Of a stretch of DNA of 64,000 nucleotides, positions 28,666-38,459 are shown in pieces. Each line of letters begins with the position of its first letter. Position 1 is the stretch's first letter. Made by a program: the position numbers and the translations under genes. This DNA is from Candidatus Nanoarchaeia archaeon (GTDB lineage Archaea > Nanobdellota > Nanobdellia > SCGC-AAA011-G17 > JACPNG01): positions 7,556 through 71,555 of the forward strand of contig JAQTOC010000003.1 in assembly GCA_028713535.1 (NCBI GenBank), written 5' to 3'. The notes under the pieces are model-generated. The model was given only the letters and a program-made list of their open reading frames with translations. It did no database searches and was not told the origin of the DNA.

Positions 28666-29187
28666 ATGGAAGTCGTAGATAAACAAAAATGTCCGTTCTG
28701 TCTTAAGAAAACCCTGACTCTGACAGAGGATCAGATGGACATTCCTTTTTTTGGAAAAACATATATTTTTAGTATGACTTGTTCTAACTGCAAATACCAT
28801 AAGTCTGATATTGAAGCAGAAGAAACAAAAGATCCTGTAAGATATACTCTTGAAATTGATAATGCAAAGGACATGAATATACGGGTTGTCAAGGGTTCTG
28901 AAGCTACAGTTTCAATCCCTAACTTGAAAATGACTATGGAATCTGGGCCATCTTCAGATGGTTTTGTTACAAACGTTGAAGGTATGCTTCAGAGATTTAA
29001 AAAAATAATTGAATCAGAAAGGGATAATACAGACGAAGAAGACGTGCGAAAAGAAGCAAAGAATTTGTTAAAAAAACTCTGGAAGGTTGAGCTTGGAGAG
29101 CAGAAAGTAAAGCTTATCATTGAGGATCCAACAGGAAACTCTGCAATAATTTCTGAAAAGGTTAAAGTTGAAAAACTTAAAAAATAA
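28666..29187 (+). CDS. ZPR1-type zinc-finger protein
   Basis: 'CPFCLKK...(24)...CSNCKYHK' ZPR1-type C4 finger followed by beta-rich A-domain-like region. Confidence 0.55.
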   Translation: MEVVDKQKCPFCLKKTLTLTEDQMDIPFFGKTYIFSMTCSNCKYHKSDIEAEETKDPVRYTLEIDNAKDMNIRVVKGSEATVSIPNLKMTMESGPSSDGFVTNVEGMLQRFKKIIESERDNTDEEDVRKEAKNLLKKLWKVELGEQKVKLIIEDPTGNSAIISEKVKVEKLKK

Positions 29188-29795
29188 TGAAAAAAATATT
29201 TATTGAGGCAAAATCCAAAGAAGATATTTCCGAAGTTCTAACTAAAGTAAAATTAAACTGCAGGATTGGTCTCGCTTCATCAATTCAGTTCTTGGATCAG
29301 CTGAAGATTGCAAACAAACAATTAAAGAATTCGATTATCGCAGGCCAGGTCCTTGGCTGCAATGCAGATAGTTGCAGGAAAATTAAAAATAGAGTGGACT
29401 GTTTTTTATACATTGGCTCAGGGGAGTTTCATCCAACAAGGGTTGCTATTGAAACAAGTAAGCCAGTTTACATTGCAAACCCACTGACAAACACATTTTC
29501 AAAGTTAGACTCAAAAATAGTCGAAAATTATAAAAAAAGCGTTCAGGGAAAGCTGTCTAAGTTTTACAGGGCAGAAAAAGTTGGGATTATCTTTTCCACA
29601 AAATCCGGCCAGAATAAACTTGCTCATATTGAATCAATAAAGAAAAAAATAAAAAAGGAAACTTATTTGTTTGTTGCAGACTTCATAGACACTCGTGAAC
29701 TTGAGAATTTTCCAGACATTGACATCTGGGTTAACACTGCCTGCCCGAGAATTGAAGACAAAAGCATTATAAATTTGGAAGATTTGAGAATTTGA
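29187..29795 (+). CDS. diphthamide synthase Dph2-like protein, short form
   Basis: 'YIGSGEFHP', 'IWVNTACPRI' resemble Dph2 domain motifs; only 202 aa vs ~330 for archaeal Dph2. Confidence 0.5.
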   Translation: MKKIFIEAKSKEDISEVLTKVKLNCRIGLASSIQFLDQLKIANKQLKNSIIAGQVLGCNADSCRKIKNRVDCFLYIGSGEFHPTRVAIETSKPVYIANPLTNTFSKLDSKIVENYKKSVQGKLSKFYRAEKVGIIFSTKSGQNKLAHIESIKKKIKKETYLFVADFIDTRELENFPDIDIWVNTACPRIEDKSIINLEDLRI

Positions 29796-29796
29796 A

Positions 29797-31296
29797 ATGA
29801 AACAGGAATTTTTGAAAGAACTGGTATCTTTTATACAGAACAAAGGATTTATCTGGGGGCCTGAACCAGAGATATATTCTGGATCTGCAGGATTTTATAC
29901 TTATGGTCCTCTTGGAAAATTATTAAAGAACAAAGTTGAAAATTCTGTAAGAAAAGTCTTCCAGTCAAACGGATTATGGGAATTGGAAGCTCCGACAGTA
30001 CTGCCAGATGTTGTTTGGGAAGCCTCAGGCCATCTTAATACCTTTAAGGAAAAAATAATTGAATGTGAAAAATGCAAATCAGTTTTTAGGGCAGATAAAT
30101 TAATAGAAGAAGAACATGACGTTAAGGCTGAAACATTTTCAGACAAGCAGCTCCTTGATTTTATCAAAAAAAATAATGTGCGATGCCCTTCTTGCAAAGG
30201 TTCATTCAAGCCGGAGATAAAAACCCAAAGTTTAATGATGAAAACAACAGTTGCAGGAAAGGATTTTTCATTAAGGCCTGAAACTGCGACAGCAACATAT
30301 CTCCCATACAAGAGATTCCATGATTTCTTCAGGGGAAAAGTTCCTTTTGGAGTGTTCCAGATAGGAAAAGCTTACAGGAATGAGATCTCCCCAAGGCAGC
30401 ATGTTATAAGGTCAAGGGAGTTCACCCAGGCAGAAGGCCAGATATTTATTGATCCCAAGGAAAAAAACAACTGGGAAAAGTATGAGTTAATAAAAGACAC
30501 AAAACTTCCATTATGGACTTACAAACAGCAAAAATCAAATATCCAGCCAAAACTTGTTAAGCTGAATGATTTAGTTAAGTCCAAGGATATTAAAACAAAG
30601 GCATATGCCTGGTGCATCTGGTTGGCATATCAGCAGTATATTTCAATGGGAATTCCCTCTGAAAAAATAAGGTTAAGGCAGCATCATCCTGATGAAAAAG
30701 CATTTTATGCTGATGATGCCTGGGACGTAGAAATAAATCTTAATTCATTTGGATGGACCGAAGTCTGCGGAGTTCATGACCGAACCGATTATGATCTAAA
30801 ACAGCATTCTAAACACTCAAAAACAGAATTGATTGCAAGAAGAGAGGATAATTCTACGTTTGTTCCTCATGTCCTTGAGATAGCATTTGGGACAGACAGG
30901 CCTGTTTTCTCATTGCTTGATATTTTTTACGTAAAAAAGGAAAAGGGCGAAGGTAAAACAATGTTTGAACTGCCTTATAATATTGCTCCAGTTGATGTTT
31001 CAATATTTCCTCTGATGAAAAAACCTGAATTAACAACAATTGCAACAGAAATAAAAGAACAGCTTGAAAAAGAATTTATTGTAGATTACGATGTTTCCGG
31101 AAGCATTGGAAAAAGATATCTGAGAAGTGCAGAATCCGGGACACCATTTGCAATAACCATAGACTATGATTCCATAACAAACAAGGATGTTACAATAAGG
31201 GACCGAGATTCAGAAAAACAGATTAGGGTTAAAATTGAGGAAATTTCAGAAACATTAAGAAAATTCTTGAACAGAGAAATGAGTTTTGGAGATTGA
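29797..31296 (+). CDS. glyS: glycyl-tRNA synthetase, archaeal/eukaryal alpha2 type
   Basis: N-terminus 'GFIWGPEPEIYSGSAGFYTYGPLG', class II motifs 2/3 'FQIGKAYRNEISPR', C-terminal anticodon-binding domain; CxxC...CxxC insertion. Confidence 0.92.
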   Translation: MKQEFLKELVSFIQNKGFIWGPEPEIYSGSAGFYTYGPLGKLLKNKVENSVRKVFQSNGLWELEAPTVLPDVVWEASGHLNTFKEKIIECEKCKSVFRADKLIEEEHDVKAETFSDKQLLDFIKKNNVRCPSCKGSFKPEIKTQSLMMKTTVAGKDFSLRPETATATYLPYKRFHDFFRGKVPFGVFQIGKAYRNEISPRQHVIRSREFTQAEGQIFIDPKEKNNWEKYELIKDTKLPLWTYKQQKSNIQPKLVKLNDLVKSKDIKTKAYAWCIWLAYQQYISMGIPSEKIRLRQHHPDEKAFYADDAWDVEINLNSFGWTEVCGVHDRTDYDLKQHSKHSKTELIARREDNSTFVPHVLEIAFGTDRPVFSLLDIFYVKKEKGEGKTMFELPYNIAPVDVSIFPLMKKPELTTIATEIKEQLEKEFIVDYDVSGSIGKRYLRSAESGTPFAITIDYDSITNKDVTIRDRDSEKQIRVKIEEISETLRKFLNREMSFGD

Positions 31297-31330
31297 AAAG
31301 ATTTTTAACTTGTTTTTTTCCAGTTATTTT

Positions 31331-32557
31331 ATGAATTGTAAGTTTGGCACATCAGGGATAAGAGGCCCATACCCGGAGTCTATAAATGAAGAAGTTTTAT
31401 TTAGGTTAGGTGTTGTTCTATCCAGAGAATTTAACCTAGTTTATGTTGGAATGGATATCAGAGATTCCTCTGAGTCTCTTTTAAATTCGCTAATTAAAGG
31501 ATTATTAACAAATAAGATTGAGGTGATTAATTTAGGTTTAGCTCCCGTAGGTGCACTTGCCTCACTTTCAAAAAATAGCCTGGGAGTTTACATAACTGCA
31601 AGCCACAACCCATTTGATCATAATGGCTTTAAGATATTTTACAAAGGTGGAGAGGTTTATGGAGACCTTGAAAAACAAATTGAAAATAATCTTAATTCAA
31701 TTATCCCTCCTGAAAGTAAAACCCTTGGAATTCTAAAAACAATGGATTGGAAATGGGCATATAAAAAATCACTGCCTTTTTTAGGGATGGGTTCAGCAAA
31801 AATTGTTTTGGCATGCAATGGTTCAGCAAAAGTTGTTTTACCCACACTCTTATCAGAATTAGGTTATGAATTAATATGTTTAAATGAAGAAATTCCGATT
31901 GAGCAATATGACCGAAAAATTATCAGCAAAAAAATAAGAGAAACAAACTCAGATATATGTTTTTTGCTGGATGCAGATGGAGATCGTCTTATTGTTTTTG
32001 ATGAAAACGGAGAAGAAATCCAAAAAGATATTCAATTAAATCTCGCACTTGATTTTTTAAAGCCAGCAAAGCCTGTTTTGACAGTTGAATCTTCGCATTC
32101 TTCCACAAAGATAATGAGTGATAGGATTATTACCGCAGTCGGAAGCAAGAACGTTGGCTCTATAATGATGCAGTTAAATTCCAGCTTTGGAGGAGAGCCT
32201 GCCGGAGAATTTATTTATTCTTCATTAAGCTATTGCCCGGATGGAATTGCTACAGCGCTTCTTTTTTTAGAAATATTAAAACAAGGCAAGATCTCTAACT
32301 TAAGGAAAAAATACGAAATTCCAAAGATATACAGAGAAAAATATTTAGTTTTAGACAGGGATAGATCTATGGAAATCATCAAAAAGAGCATTATCCCATA
32401 TTTTAACAATGTTAGTCTCATAGATGGAGTGAGAATCGAACAATCTGATGGATTCGCATTGATAAGACCAAGTGGAACAGAATCTTTAATAAGGCTGACC
32501 TATGAGAATTTTAATGATATAGAAACAGTTAAAAAGATTATTGAAGAATCAATTTAA
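31331..32557 (+). CDS. phosphoglucomutase/phosphomannomutase (alpha-D-phosphohexomutase)
   Basis: 'FGTSGIRG' N-terminus, active-site phosphoserine loop 'ITASHNPFDHNGFK', metal loop 'DADGDR'; ORF track starts at 31286 but in-frame ATG 31331 matches the family N-terminus. Confidence 0.85.
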   Translation: MNCKFGTSGIRGPYPESINEEVLFRLGVVLSREFNLVYVGMDIRDSSESLLNSLIKGLLTNKIEVINLGLAPVGALASLSKNSLGVYITASHNPFDHNGFKIFYKGGEVYGDLEKQIENNLNSIIPPESKTLGILKTMDWKWAYKKSLPFLGMGSAKIVLACNGSAKVVLPTLLSELGYELICLNEEIPIEQYDRKIISKKIRETNSDICFLLDADGDRLIVFDENGEEIQKDIQLNLALDFLKPAKPVLTVESSHSSTKIMSDRIITAVGSKNVGSIMMQLNSSFGGEPAGEFIYSSLSYCPDGIATALLFLEILKQGKISNLRKKYEIPKIYREKYLVLDRDRSMEIIKKSIIPYFNNVSLIDGVRIEQSDGFALIRPSGTESLIRLTYENFNDIETVKKIIEESI

Positions 32558-32558
32558 T

Positions 32559-32630
32559 GGGCTGGTAGTATAACGGTTAGAATCTCGCTTCGGCATGGCG
32601 GGGATCCGGGTTCAAATCCCGGCCAGTCCA
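32559..32630 (+). tRNA. tRNA, probably tRNA-Ala (anticodon GGC); G3:U70 pair present
   Basis: Acceptor gggctgg/ccagtcc gives G3:U70 (Ala identity element); T-arm ccggg-ttcaaat-cccgg; anticodon arm tcgct-TCGGCAT-ggcgg; D-stem weak. Confidence 0.65.
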
Positions 32631-32637
32631 TCCCAAA

Positions 32638-33045
32638 ATGACAGACTGCATATTTTGCAAAATAATCAAGAACGAAATCCCATCTAATAAAATCTATGAA
32701 AATAAAACCACTCTAGCATTTTTGGATATTAATCCAGTAAACAAAGGCCACACAATTGTAATCCCAAAACAGCATTTTGAAACTATTGAGGGAACCCCCG
32801 AAGATGTTCTATGTGAAATAATCAAAACTACCAAAAAACTTATTCCAGCAATAAACCAAGCAGTCAATCCAATAGGTGTTAACTTGGGATTAAACAACAA
32901 GAGCGGAGCAGGCCAGATAGTGCCTCATATACACCTTCATATAATGCCCAGATTTAACAATGATGGCCACAGCTTGTTTGGTGGTAAAAAAGCCTCTTCT
33001 GAAGAGCTTAAGCTTCTCTCAGATAAAATCAAAAACCTTTTATAA
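32638..33045 (+). CDS. HIT-family (histidine triad) nucleotide hydrolase
   Basis: 'CIFCKII' N-terminus and HIT motif 'HIHLHIMPR'. Confidence 0.85.
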   Translation: MTDCIFCKIIKNEIPSNKIYENKTTLAFLDINPVNKGHTIVIPKQHFETIEGTPEDVLCEIIKTTKKLIPAINQAVNPIGVNLGLNNKSGAGQIVPHIHLHIMPRFNNDGHSLFGGKKASSEELKLLSDKIKNLL

Positions 33046-33068
33046 CCTTCATTCTCTGTTTTCAACAT

Positions 33069-33142
33069 GCCGCTGTAGCTCAGCTGGTTAGAGCACCGCT
33101 CTCATGAGGCGGGGGTCGCAGGTTCAACTCCAGCCAGCGGCA
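33069..33142 (+). tRNA. tRNA-Met/Ile2 (anticodon CAU), elongator-type
   Basis: Acceptor gccgctg/cagcggc, D gctc/gagc, anticodon arm ccgct-CTCATGA-ggcgg; G1:C72 rather than initiator A1:U72; one A:A mismatch in T-stem. Confidence 0.72.
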
Positions 33143-33143
33143 T

Positions 33144-34832
33144 TTAATATTTTCCAGATTCTAAATCAATTAGGTGTTGAATGTGCTCGGTTCTTATTTT
33201 GCTGAAGTTCCCTGATGAAACTTTTTTGAATAAACTGCCCATTGCTTCAGCAGAAAATACATGGGGGATTATGACATAATCTGCTCCCCTTTCATACAAG
33301 TCAAGGGCATCGCCTATGTTTTTTGCAGAAACAAAGATCCTTACCCTGTCGTTTATCCCTTTTACATGCCTTATCATACTGAGATTATTGTCAATGTCCT
33401 CTATAGTGGATATTACCAGTTCAGATTCCATGAAATTTATTTTTTTAAGTATCTCATAGTTGTTCATCTCACCATAATAACAGCCTGTCCTGCTTTTTAT
33501 TAATCTGCCAATCACACCAGGATCATGGTCTATTACCAAAACATTTGCTTTGCCAAGGGTTCTAAGAAATATTTTGCCCATCCTGTTGCATCCAAATAAT
33601 ACAACCTTATGCTTGTTGTCTTTTGCCTCAAACCCGAGCTTTTTCTTTTTTGTTGACAAAACCCCAAACAGCCTCAAGAACCAAGACAGTTTATCATAAA
33701 TGCCTGAAGAGTATTTTATCAGATAAGAAGTTATTACCATTGTGATTACAGTTAAGAAAACAATCAGGGAAAAAAACTCTTGGCTTAAGTGCCCTGACAC
33801 ATAAAATCCTATTGAACCAAGCAGCAGAGAAAATTCAGACACCTGTCCAAGTGACAGGGATGTTAAAAAAGCAGTTCTTGTCTCGTAGCTCGCAATGCTT
33901 GTGATAATCATTACTATCAATGGTTTCAATAAAATCACTGCCAGAACCAGCACAAGGAGCAATACTAACAACTCTGTGCTTATCATGACAAGCTGCATCC
34001 CCAACGAGACAAAGAAGATAGTCGAGAAAAAATCCTTTAACGAAACAACCCTGCCAACAATCTCATAGTTGTAAGGCAGGTTCGCCAAACCAACTCCAAT
34101 CATGAATGCGCCTATTGCTATTGAAAAATCAAGCAGGTATGCAAGTATTGCAAACAAAAAGCACAGGCTTATTGCAATCAGGAAAATTAATTCTCTTGAT
34201 TTTGCTGCAAAGTCAAAGACCTTCTTCAATAAAAATCTGCTTAGAAGGAATACAGCTCCAATGAGGATTGCTCCCTGTATTATAGACGTAATTATTACTC
34301 CCCCGTTCAGCTCTTCCTTTGTCAGGAAGGACAATGCAAATACAGCAACCAAGTCCTGTACCAATAATATTCCTAGGAGTATTCTGCCATGTAACGTGTT
34401 TATGTGCCCTTTGTCAGAAAGCAGCTTAACAACAATCATCGTGCTGCTGAATGTGATTATTAATCCAATATACACGCTTGTTAATTTTTGAAATCCCATT
34501 AACTGTCCAATAAAGAATCCAACCAGAAATGTTAATATGATCTGGATCAAACCTCCAAACAAAGCTATCCCTGCAACGTTTTTTATTTTTTTAATGTTAA
34601 TTTCCAGGCCAACCAAGAATAATAAAAATGCAATTCCTATCTCAGACAACGCCCTTATTAATTCAATGTCTTTAACAAACCCCAGTCCAATTGGCCCGAG
34701 TATAACTCCGGCAAGGATGTAAGCAGGAATTAGTGGTTGTTTTATTAACTGGGCTAAATAAGCTAGCACCGTAGCCAGAATGATGATCAATCCCAGATCA
34801 ATAAGTATGTTGGATGGTACAGCCATAATCAA
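33144..34832 (-). CDS. monovalent cation:proton antiporter (CPA2, Kef-type) with C-terminal RCK/TrkA-N domain
   Basis: ~12 TM N-terminal region, C-terminal Rossmann 'VVLFGCNRMGKIFLRTL'. Confidence 0.85.
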   Translation of the reverse strand: MIMAVPSNILIDLGLIIILATVLAYLAQLIKQPLIPAYILAGVILGPIGLGFVKDIELIRALSEIGIAFLLFLVGLEINIKKIKNVAGIALFGGLIQIILTFLVGFFIGQLMGFQKLTSVYIGLIITFSSTMIVVKLLSDKGHINTLHGRILLGILLVQDLVAVFALSFLTKEELNGGVIITSIIQGAILIGAVFLLSRFLLKKVFDFAAKSRELIFLIAISLCFLFAILAYLLDFSIAIGAFMIGVGLANLPYNYEIVGRVVSLKDFFSTIFFVSLGMQLVMISTELLVLLLVLVLAVILLKPLIVMIITSIASYETRTAFLTSLSLGQVSEFSLLLGSIGFYVSGHLSQEFFSLIVFLTVITMVITSYLIKYSSGIYDKLSWFLRLFGVLSTKKKKLGFEAKDNKHKVVLFGCNRMGKIFLRTLGKANVLVIDHDPGVIGRLIKSRTGCYYGEMNNYEILKKINFMESELVISTIEDIDNNLSMIRHVKGINDRVRIFVSAKNIGDALDLYERGADYVIIPHVFSAEAMGSLFKKVSSGNFSKIRTEHIQHLIDLESGKY

Positions 34833-34898
34833 GCCTCTTTTTAATAAATAATATAATTTTTATTATTTAAAGTTTATTAAAAACAAAAAAAGAAGAAA

Positions 34899-35201
34899 TT
34901 ACTTCTTTCCTAATGTGATTTCAATTGTGCTGACCCTTACTTGTTTCCCTTCTTTGTTTTCAAACCCTTCAGAGTCAATCTTGATGTCTTTTACTTCTAC
35001 AGTATTTTCTAAAAATCTTTTTGAAGCCACTTCAGCAATGTCAACAGCTCTTGAGATAAACTTGCCTCTTGCTTTGATAACGACTTCATCTGCTCCCTGT
35101 GTTGTGAACTGCATTACAACTCCGGTCACATAATTCATAAATGGTTTAGGCCCGATAAAAACTGTGTGATTGTTTTCCTGTTTTTGTAATTTCTCTGACA
35201 T
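34899..35201 (-). CDS. albA: Alba (Sso10b) chromatin/RNA-binding protein
   Basis: 'NTVFIGPKPFMNYVTGVVMQF..GADEVVIKARGKFISRAVDIAEV' matches Alba consensus. Confidence 0.85.
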   Translation of the reverse strand: MSEKLQKQENNHTVFIGPKPFMNYVTGVVMQFTTQGADEVVIKARGKFISRAVDIAEVASKRFLENTVEVKDIKIDSEGFENKEGKQVRVSTIEITLGKK

Positions 35202-35214
35202 AGTTGATACCCCC

Positions 35215-35421
35215 TTAGTCTAGGACAATATCTTTTTCTCTCTTTTTGACTGCTCTTACAAGGTATCCTGAGATTGTGTTTCTTAGCTTTTTTGAAGGAA
35301 TCTGGGCTACCTCATCAAGAACTTTCTTATTCTTATCAAAGTCTTTTGTAAGCCTGTCTTTATGTATTCTAAGTATCTTGTCTCCAGTTCTCTTAATCTG
35401 TTTGGTTTTTATCCTTCCCAT
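35215..35421 (-). CDS. rps17e: 30S ribosomal protein S17e
   Basis: 'MGRIKTKQIKRTG...IPSKKLRNTISGY' matches eS17 N-terminal consensus. Confidence 0.85.
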   Translation of the reverse strand: MGRIKTKQIKRTGDKILRIHKDRLTKDFDKNKKVLDEVAQIPSKKLRNTISGYLVRAVKKREKDIVLD

Positions 35422-35455
35422 GGTCTGAGAGTTTATAGTAGAGGATATATAAACC

Positions 35456-36232
35456 TTATGTTTTTTTCTTAAAGAACAAAAAACCGCCCCTTTTGGCGTT
35501 TTTATTGGTTTTAGGCAGTTTTATGGGTTTGCCCTCAAATACAGCAATTACATCCTCTTTGTCAATAAATTCCTTTCTTAAACCACGTCTGTCCATTTCT
35601 ATGCACATTCTCTCGCACAATTCAAGAAACTTTCTTGCTACCCCATTTGACCTGTCAGATATATAGTCTGCTGCAGCTTCTGTAAAAAGATTTTTTCCCT
35701 TTGTCCTTACCTTAAGTAAAGTTTTGGCATCTTTTCTTGAGAGCTTGTTCATTTTTATTACTCTTTCCCCAATTCTTGATTTTATTGCCTTGGAAAAATT
35801 ACTCAGATCTGGTATCTGAGAGATAACTATGGATTTAATATAGCCATTTTCCCAGTGCAGTTTTAACAATCCTTTTAGTGTGTCTTTTGCTACTTGGGCC
35901 TCATCCAGTAATAAGACAACATTTTTTGGATATTCTTTGAAGAAACTCCTGAACAGGCTGTTATGTTGTTTTAAATATTCTTCAAAATTAAAAGTCTCAT
36001 CAAGTCCCTCACAATCAATATATACTGGTGTATGGCCTTTTATTTTTAGTTCCAGCCATTTTAATATAGATGTTTTTCCTGTACCAGACTCCCCTGTAAC
36101 AAAGCAAACATTGCCTCCCAGCGCATAGTCCATCAGCTTTTTTTGCTGTTCTTCTGCTCCAATTAAGTTGGGATTAAACTTTATATCAAAAGGATTTTCT
36201 TTAAAGCCATATCTGGTGTACCATGGTTTCAT
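35456..36232 (-). CDS. P-loop NTPase, AAA+-like (258 aa)
   Basis: Walker A 'TGESGTGKTS', Walker B 'VVLLLDEA'. Confidence 0.55.
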   Translation of the reverse strand: MKPWYTRYGFKENPFDIKFNPNLIGAEEQQKKLMDYALGGNVCFVTGESGTGKTSILKWLELKIKGHTPVYIDCEGLDETFNFEEYLKQHNSLFRSFFKEYPKNVVLLLDEAQVAKDTLKGLLKLHWENGYIKSIVISQIPDLSNFSKAIKSRIGERVIKMNKLSRKDAKTLLKVRTKGKNLFTEAAADYISDRSNGVARKFLELCERMCIEMDRRGLRKEFIDKEDVIAVFEGKPIKLPKTNKNAKRGGFLFFKKKT

Positions 36233-36264
36233 CCCTTATTTTTGTTTAATCAACTTAAAAAACA

Positions 36265-37374
36265 TTATGGACTTAAAACATATATTTCTCTATCAATCAG
36301 ATTGCCGGGAGACTGATAATTAAAAACAAAATCAACTTTCATGTTTAGTTTTTTAAGGATGGTTTCCATTTCTGGTTTTGTCGAGCCTCTCCTGAAAGGG
36401 ATAATGGGAGAAATAAACACAATCTTTTTCCTTGTGATCTTTTTTAATTCTTTCAGGCTGTCAAAATAAAGTCTTGTTAACTCATTTTTTATTCTTGTTG
36501 CTTTCTGCTCATCAGGCATAACGTTTAGGAATGGCCCAAGATAAGGCTCTGTTACAACACAGTCAACTTCCCTTACAAATTTAGATGATTCTCTTGCATC
36601 CCCGTAAAACACTTCAAATTTTGAGGTTTTATAATTCTTTTTCAGCCAGGTAAGATTTGACTTGCATCCTTCATAGGTCTTATGGTCTTTTTCAATCCCA
36701 TAGCAGTTTATTCCCAGCAATAATGCTTCTTGCAGTATTGTTCCAGTACCGCAGAAAGGGTCAAGCAAGGACCCTCCTTCTTTTATTCCAGAAAGATTGA
36801 TTAAAATCTTGGAAAGCCTTATTGAAGTTACTTTTAATCTGTCAAAATAAGGTTTTGAATCTCTTTTTATGTACTGTAATGGATCTGAAACCAGGATTGT
36901 TTTTGCTATATAATTGTTGTAGACAACAAAATCAATAAAATTCCCCTTTTCAGACGGGCTGAACTTGTTTTCTTTTTTTGGTTTTTTGATGATAACTTTT
37001 GTTTTTTGTGACTTAAAATAATCCTTTAATTTCCTGTCTATCTCCTTGAAGTTCTTATAACCATAAATGCTGAACCCGTATTTAATCTTGTCTTGGTTTA
37101 TGTTAATGTCCTTGATGTTAAATACCTCAGCAATCTTTACTGTCCCACCCAATTCATCAATTATTTTTTCATTCAGGTTGTTTATTGCAGCTAGGACAAT
37201 CTTTTTGTTTTCTTCTTTTATTGTGAAATCATACCTTCTTGATTTTAAGTAGCTCTTTATCTCAGCGACACTCAACTCTGGATCCCTTCCAAGCACAAAG
37301 ATATAGTCTTTCATAAGATAACCCTGAGATTTTAGTTTAAATAGGTTGCTATCAAAAATTTTAAATAAACGCAT
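36265..37374 (-). CDS. THUMP-domain tRNA (guanine-N2) methyltransferase, Trm11/Trm14 family
   Basis: N-terminal THUMP-like region; SAM motif I 'DPFCGTGTILQEA', catalytic 'VTEPYLG' (DPPY-type). Confidence 0.7.
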   Translation of the reverse strand: MRLFKIFDSNLFKLKSQGYLMKDYIFVLGRDPELSVAEIKSYLKSRRYDFTIKEENKKIVLAAINNLNEKIIDELGGTVKIAEVFNIKDININQDKIKYGFSIYGYKNFKEIDRKLKDYFKSQKTKVIIKKPKKENKFSPSEKGNFIDFVVYNNYIAKTILVSDPLQYIKRDSKPYFDRLKVTSIRLSKILINLSGIKEGGSLLDPFCGTGTILQEALLLGINCYGIEKDHKTYEGCKSNLTWLKKNYKTSKFEVFYGDARESSKFVREVDCVVTEPYLGPFLNVMPDEQKATRIKNELTRLYFDSLKELKKITRKKIVFISPIIPFRRGSTKPEMETILKKLNMKVDFVFNYQSPGNLIDREIYVLSP

Positions 37375-37388
37375 TAAGTCTTAATACC

Positions 37389-38459
37389 ATGAAAAAAGGG
37401 GTTATCTCGCAGAGTTTTATATATATCTTTGCTGCAATAATCATGATCCTGATTTTAATCCTTGGTTTTTCAATATTTTCAAAATCCAAAAAATATGCAG
37501 AAGACGTTGATATACAAAGCTTTGTTCAAACATTAAACTCAAAAATAACTAAGATTAATGGCCTTGAAGAAGGGTCTGAATCAGTTTTTTCGTATGCTTT
37601 GCCCTCTAGCATTAATAAAATTTGTTTTGCAACAAATGCAAAGAGTTCAGATGCAGATTTAATATCTGTTTATAATCCTGAAAAAAATCTGTATATGTTT
37701 CCTGGCAATGCCTATTCTTTGAATGAAATTTATTTAGAAAATCCTATTTGTGTTTCCGGAAATAATCTAAACCTAAAACTGCTTAAACTGAAACAGGGAG
37801 TTACTATAACCTCTGAACAAGTCTCTCAGAAATGTAATACTCTCTTGTTTAACAAGGAAGATAATCTGGATATTCTGTTTATTTCAGACTCCTATCAAAA
37901 TATTAATGAATTTGTTGAAGATTCAAAAGAATATGTTAATTCTCTTCTTTCCAAAGAGCCATTAAAATCTAAAAAACAACTGCTTAATTTTTATTCCCTT
38001 AATCAATTCCCAGACCTTGGCTGCACAAAAGATTCCCTCTTGATTTGTGATACATTGTTAGTGCAAAAAGCAGCTTTAGACTGCCCTCATGACATTATTG
38101 TTGTTTTGTCTGAATCCGGCATGTTTTCCGGATTAAGGTCAACAAGTCTTGGAAATGTTATCTCAATAGCTACTGGAGACAATAATCTTGTTTTAAGCCA
38201 CGAACTTGGTCATGCTTTGGGTTTGTCAGATGAATATACAATGCCTGGATTCAAAAGCAGCTTAGAAGATTCTCCAAACTGCGATGTATCTCCCTGTGAA
38301 AAATGGGATAAGAACGGATGTTTTGAAGGATGTTCAAGTTCAGCTTATAACAGGCCATCAAAAGATTCTATCATGAAAAGCTATGGCCTTTTTTCAGTAA
38401 ACGAATTCAATGAACCTTCAAAGGAAGCAATGAGCAAAAAACTGGAGGTTTATGAATGA
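37389..38459 (+). CDS. secreted/anchored putative zinc metallopeptidase
   Basis: MKKG + hydrophobic anchor; 'HELGHALGLSDEY' HExxHxxGxxD motif. Confidence 0.5.
   Translation: MKKGVISQSFIYIFAAIIMILILILGFSIFSKSKKYAEDVDIQSFVQTLNSKITKINGLEEGSESVFSYALPSSINKICFATNAKSSDADLISVYNPEKNLYMFPGNAYSLNEIYLENPICVSGNNLNLKLLKLKQGVTITSEQVSQKCNTLLFNKEDNLDILFISDSYQNINEFVEDSKEYVNSLLSKEPLKSKKQLLNFYSLNQFPDLGCTKDSLLICDTLLVQKAALDCPHDIIVVLSESGMFSGLRSTSLGNVISIATGDNNLVLSHELGHALGLSDEYTMPGFKSSLEDSPNCDVSPCEKWDKNGCFEGCSSSAYNRPSKDSIMKSYGLFSVNEFNEPSKEAMSKKLEVYE

Noticed and set aside
33069-33142. tRNA-Met as pseudogene because of an A:A mismatch in the T-stem
   Set aside because: All other arms are canonical, and single T-stem mismatches occur in functional tRNAs. 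G1:C72 indicates elongator Met or Ile2 rather than a damaged initiator.
34102-34491. 129-aa plus-strand ORF
   Set aside because: Lies entirely antisense within the well-supported CPA2 antiporter gene.
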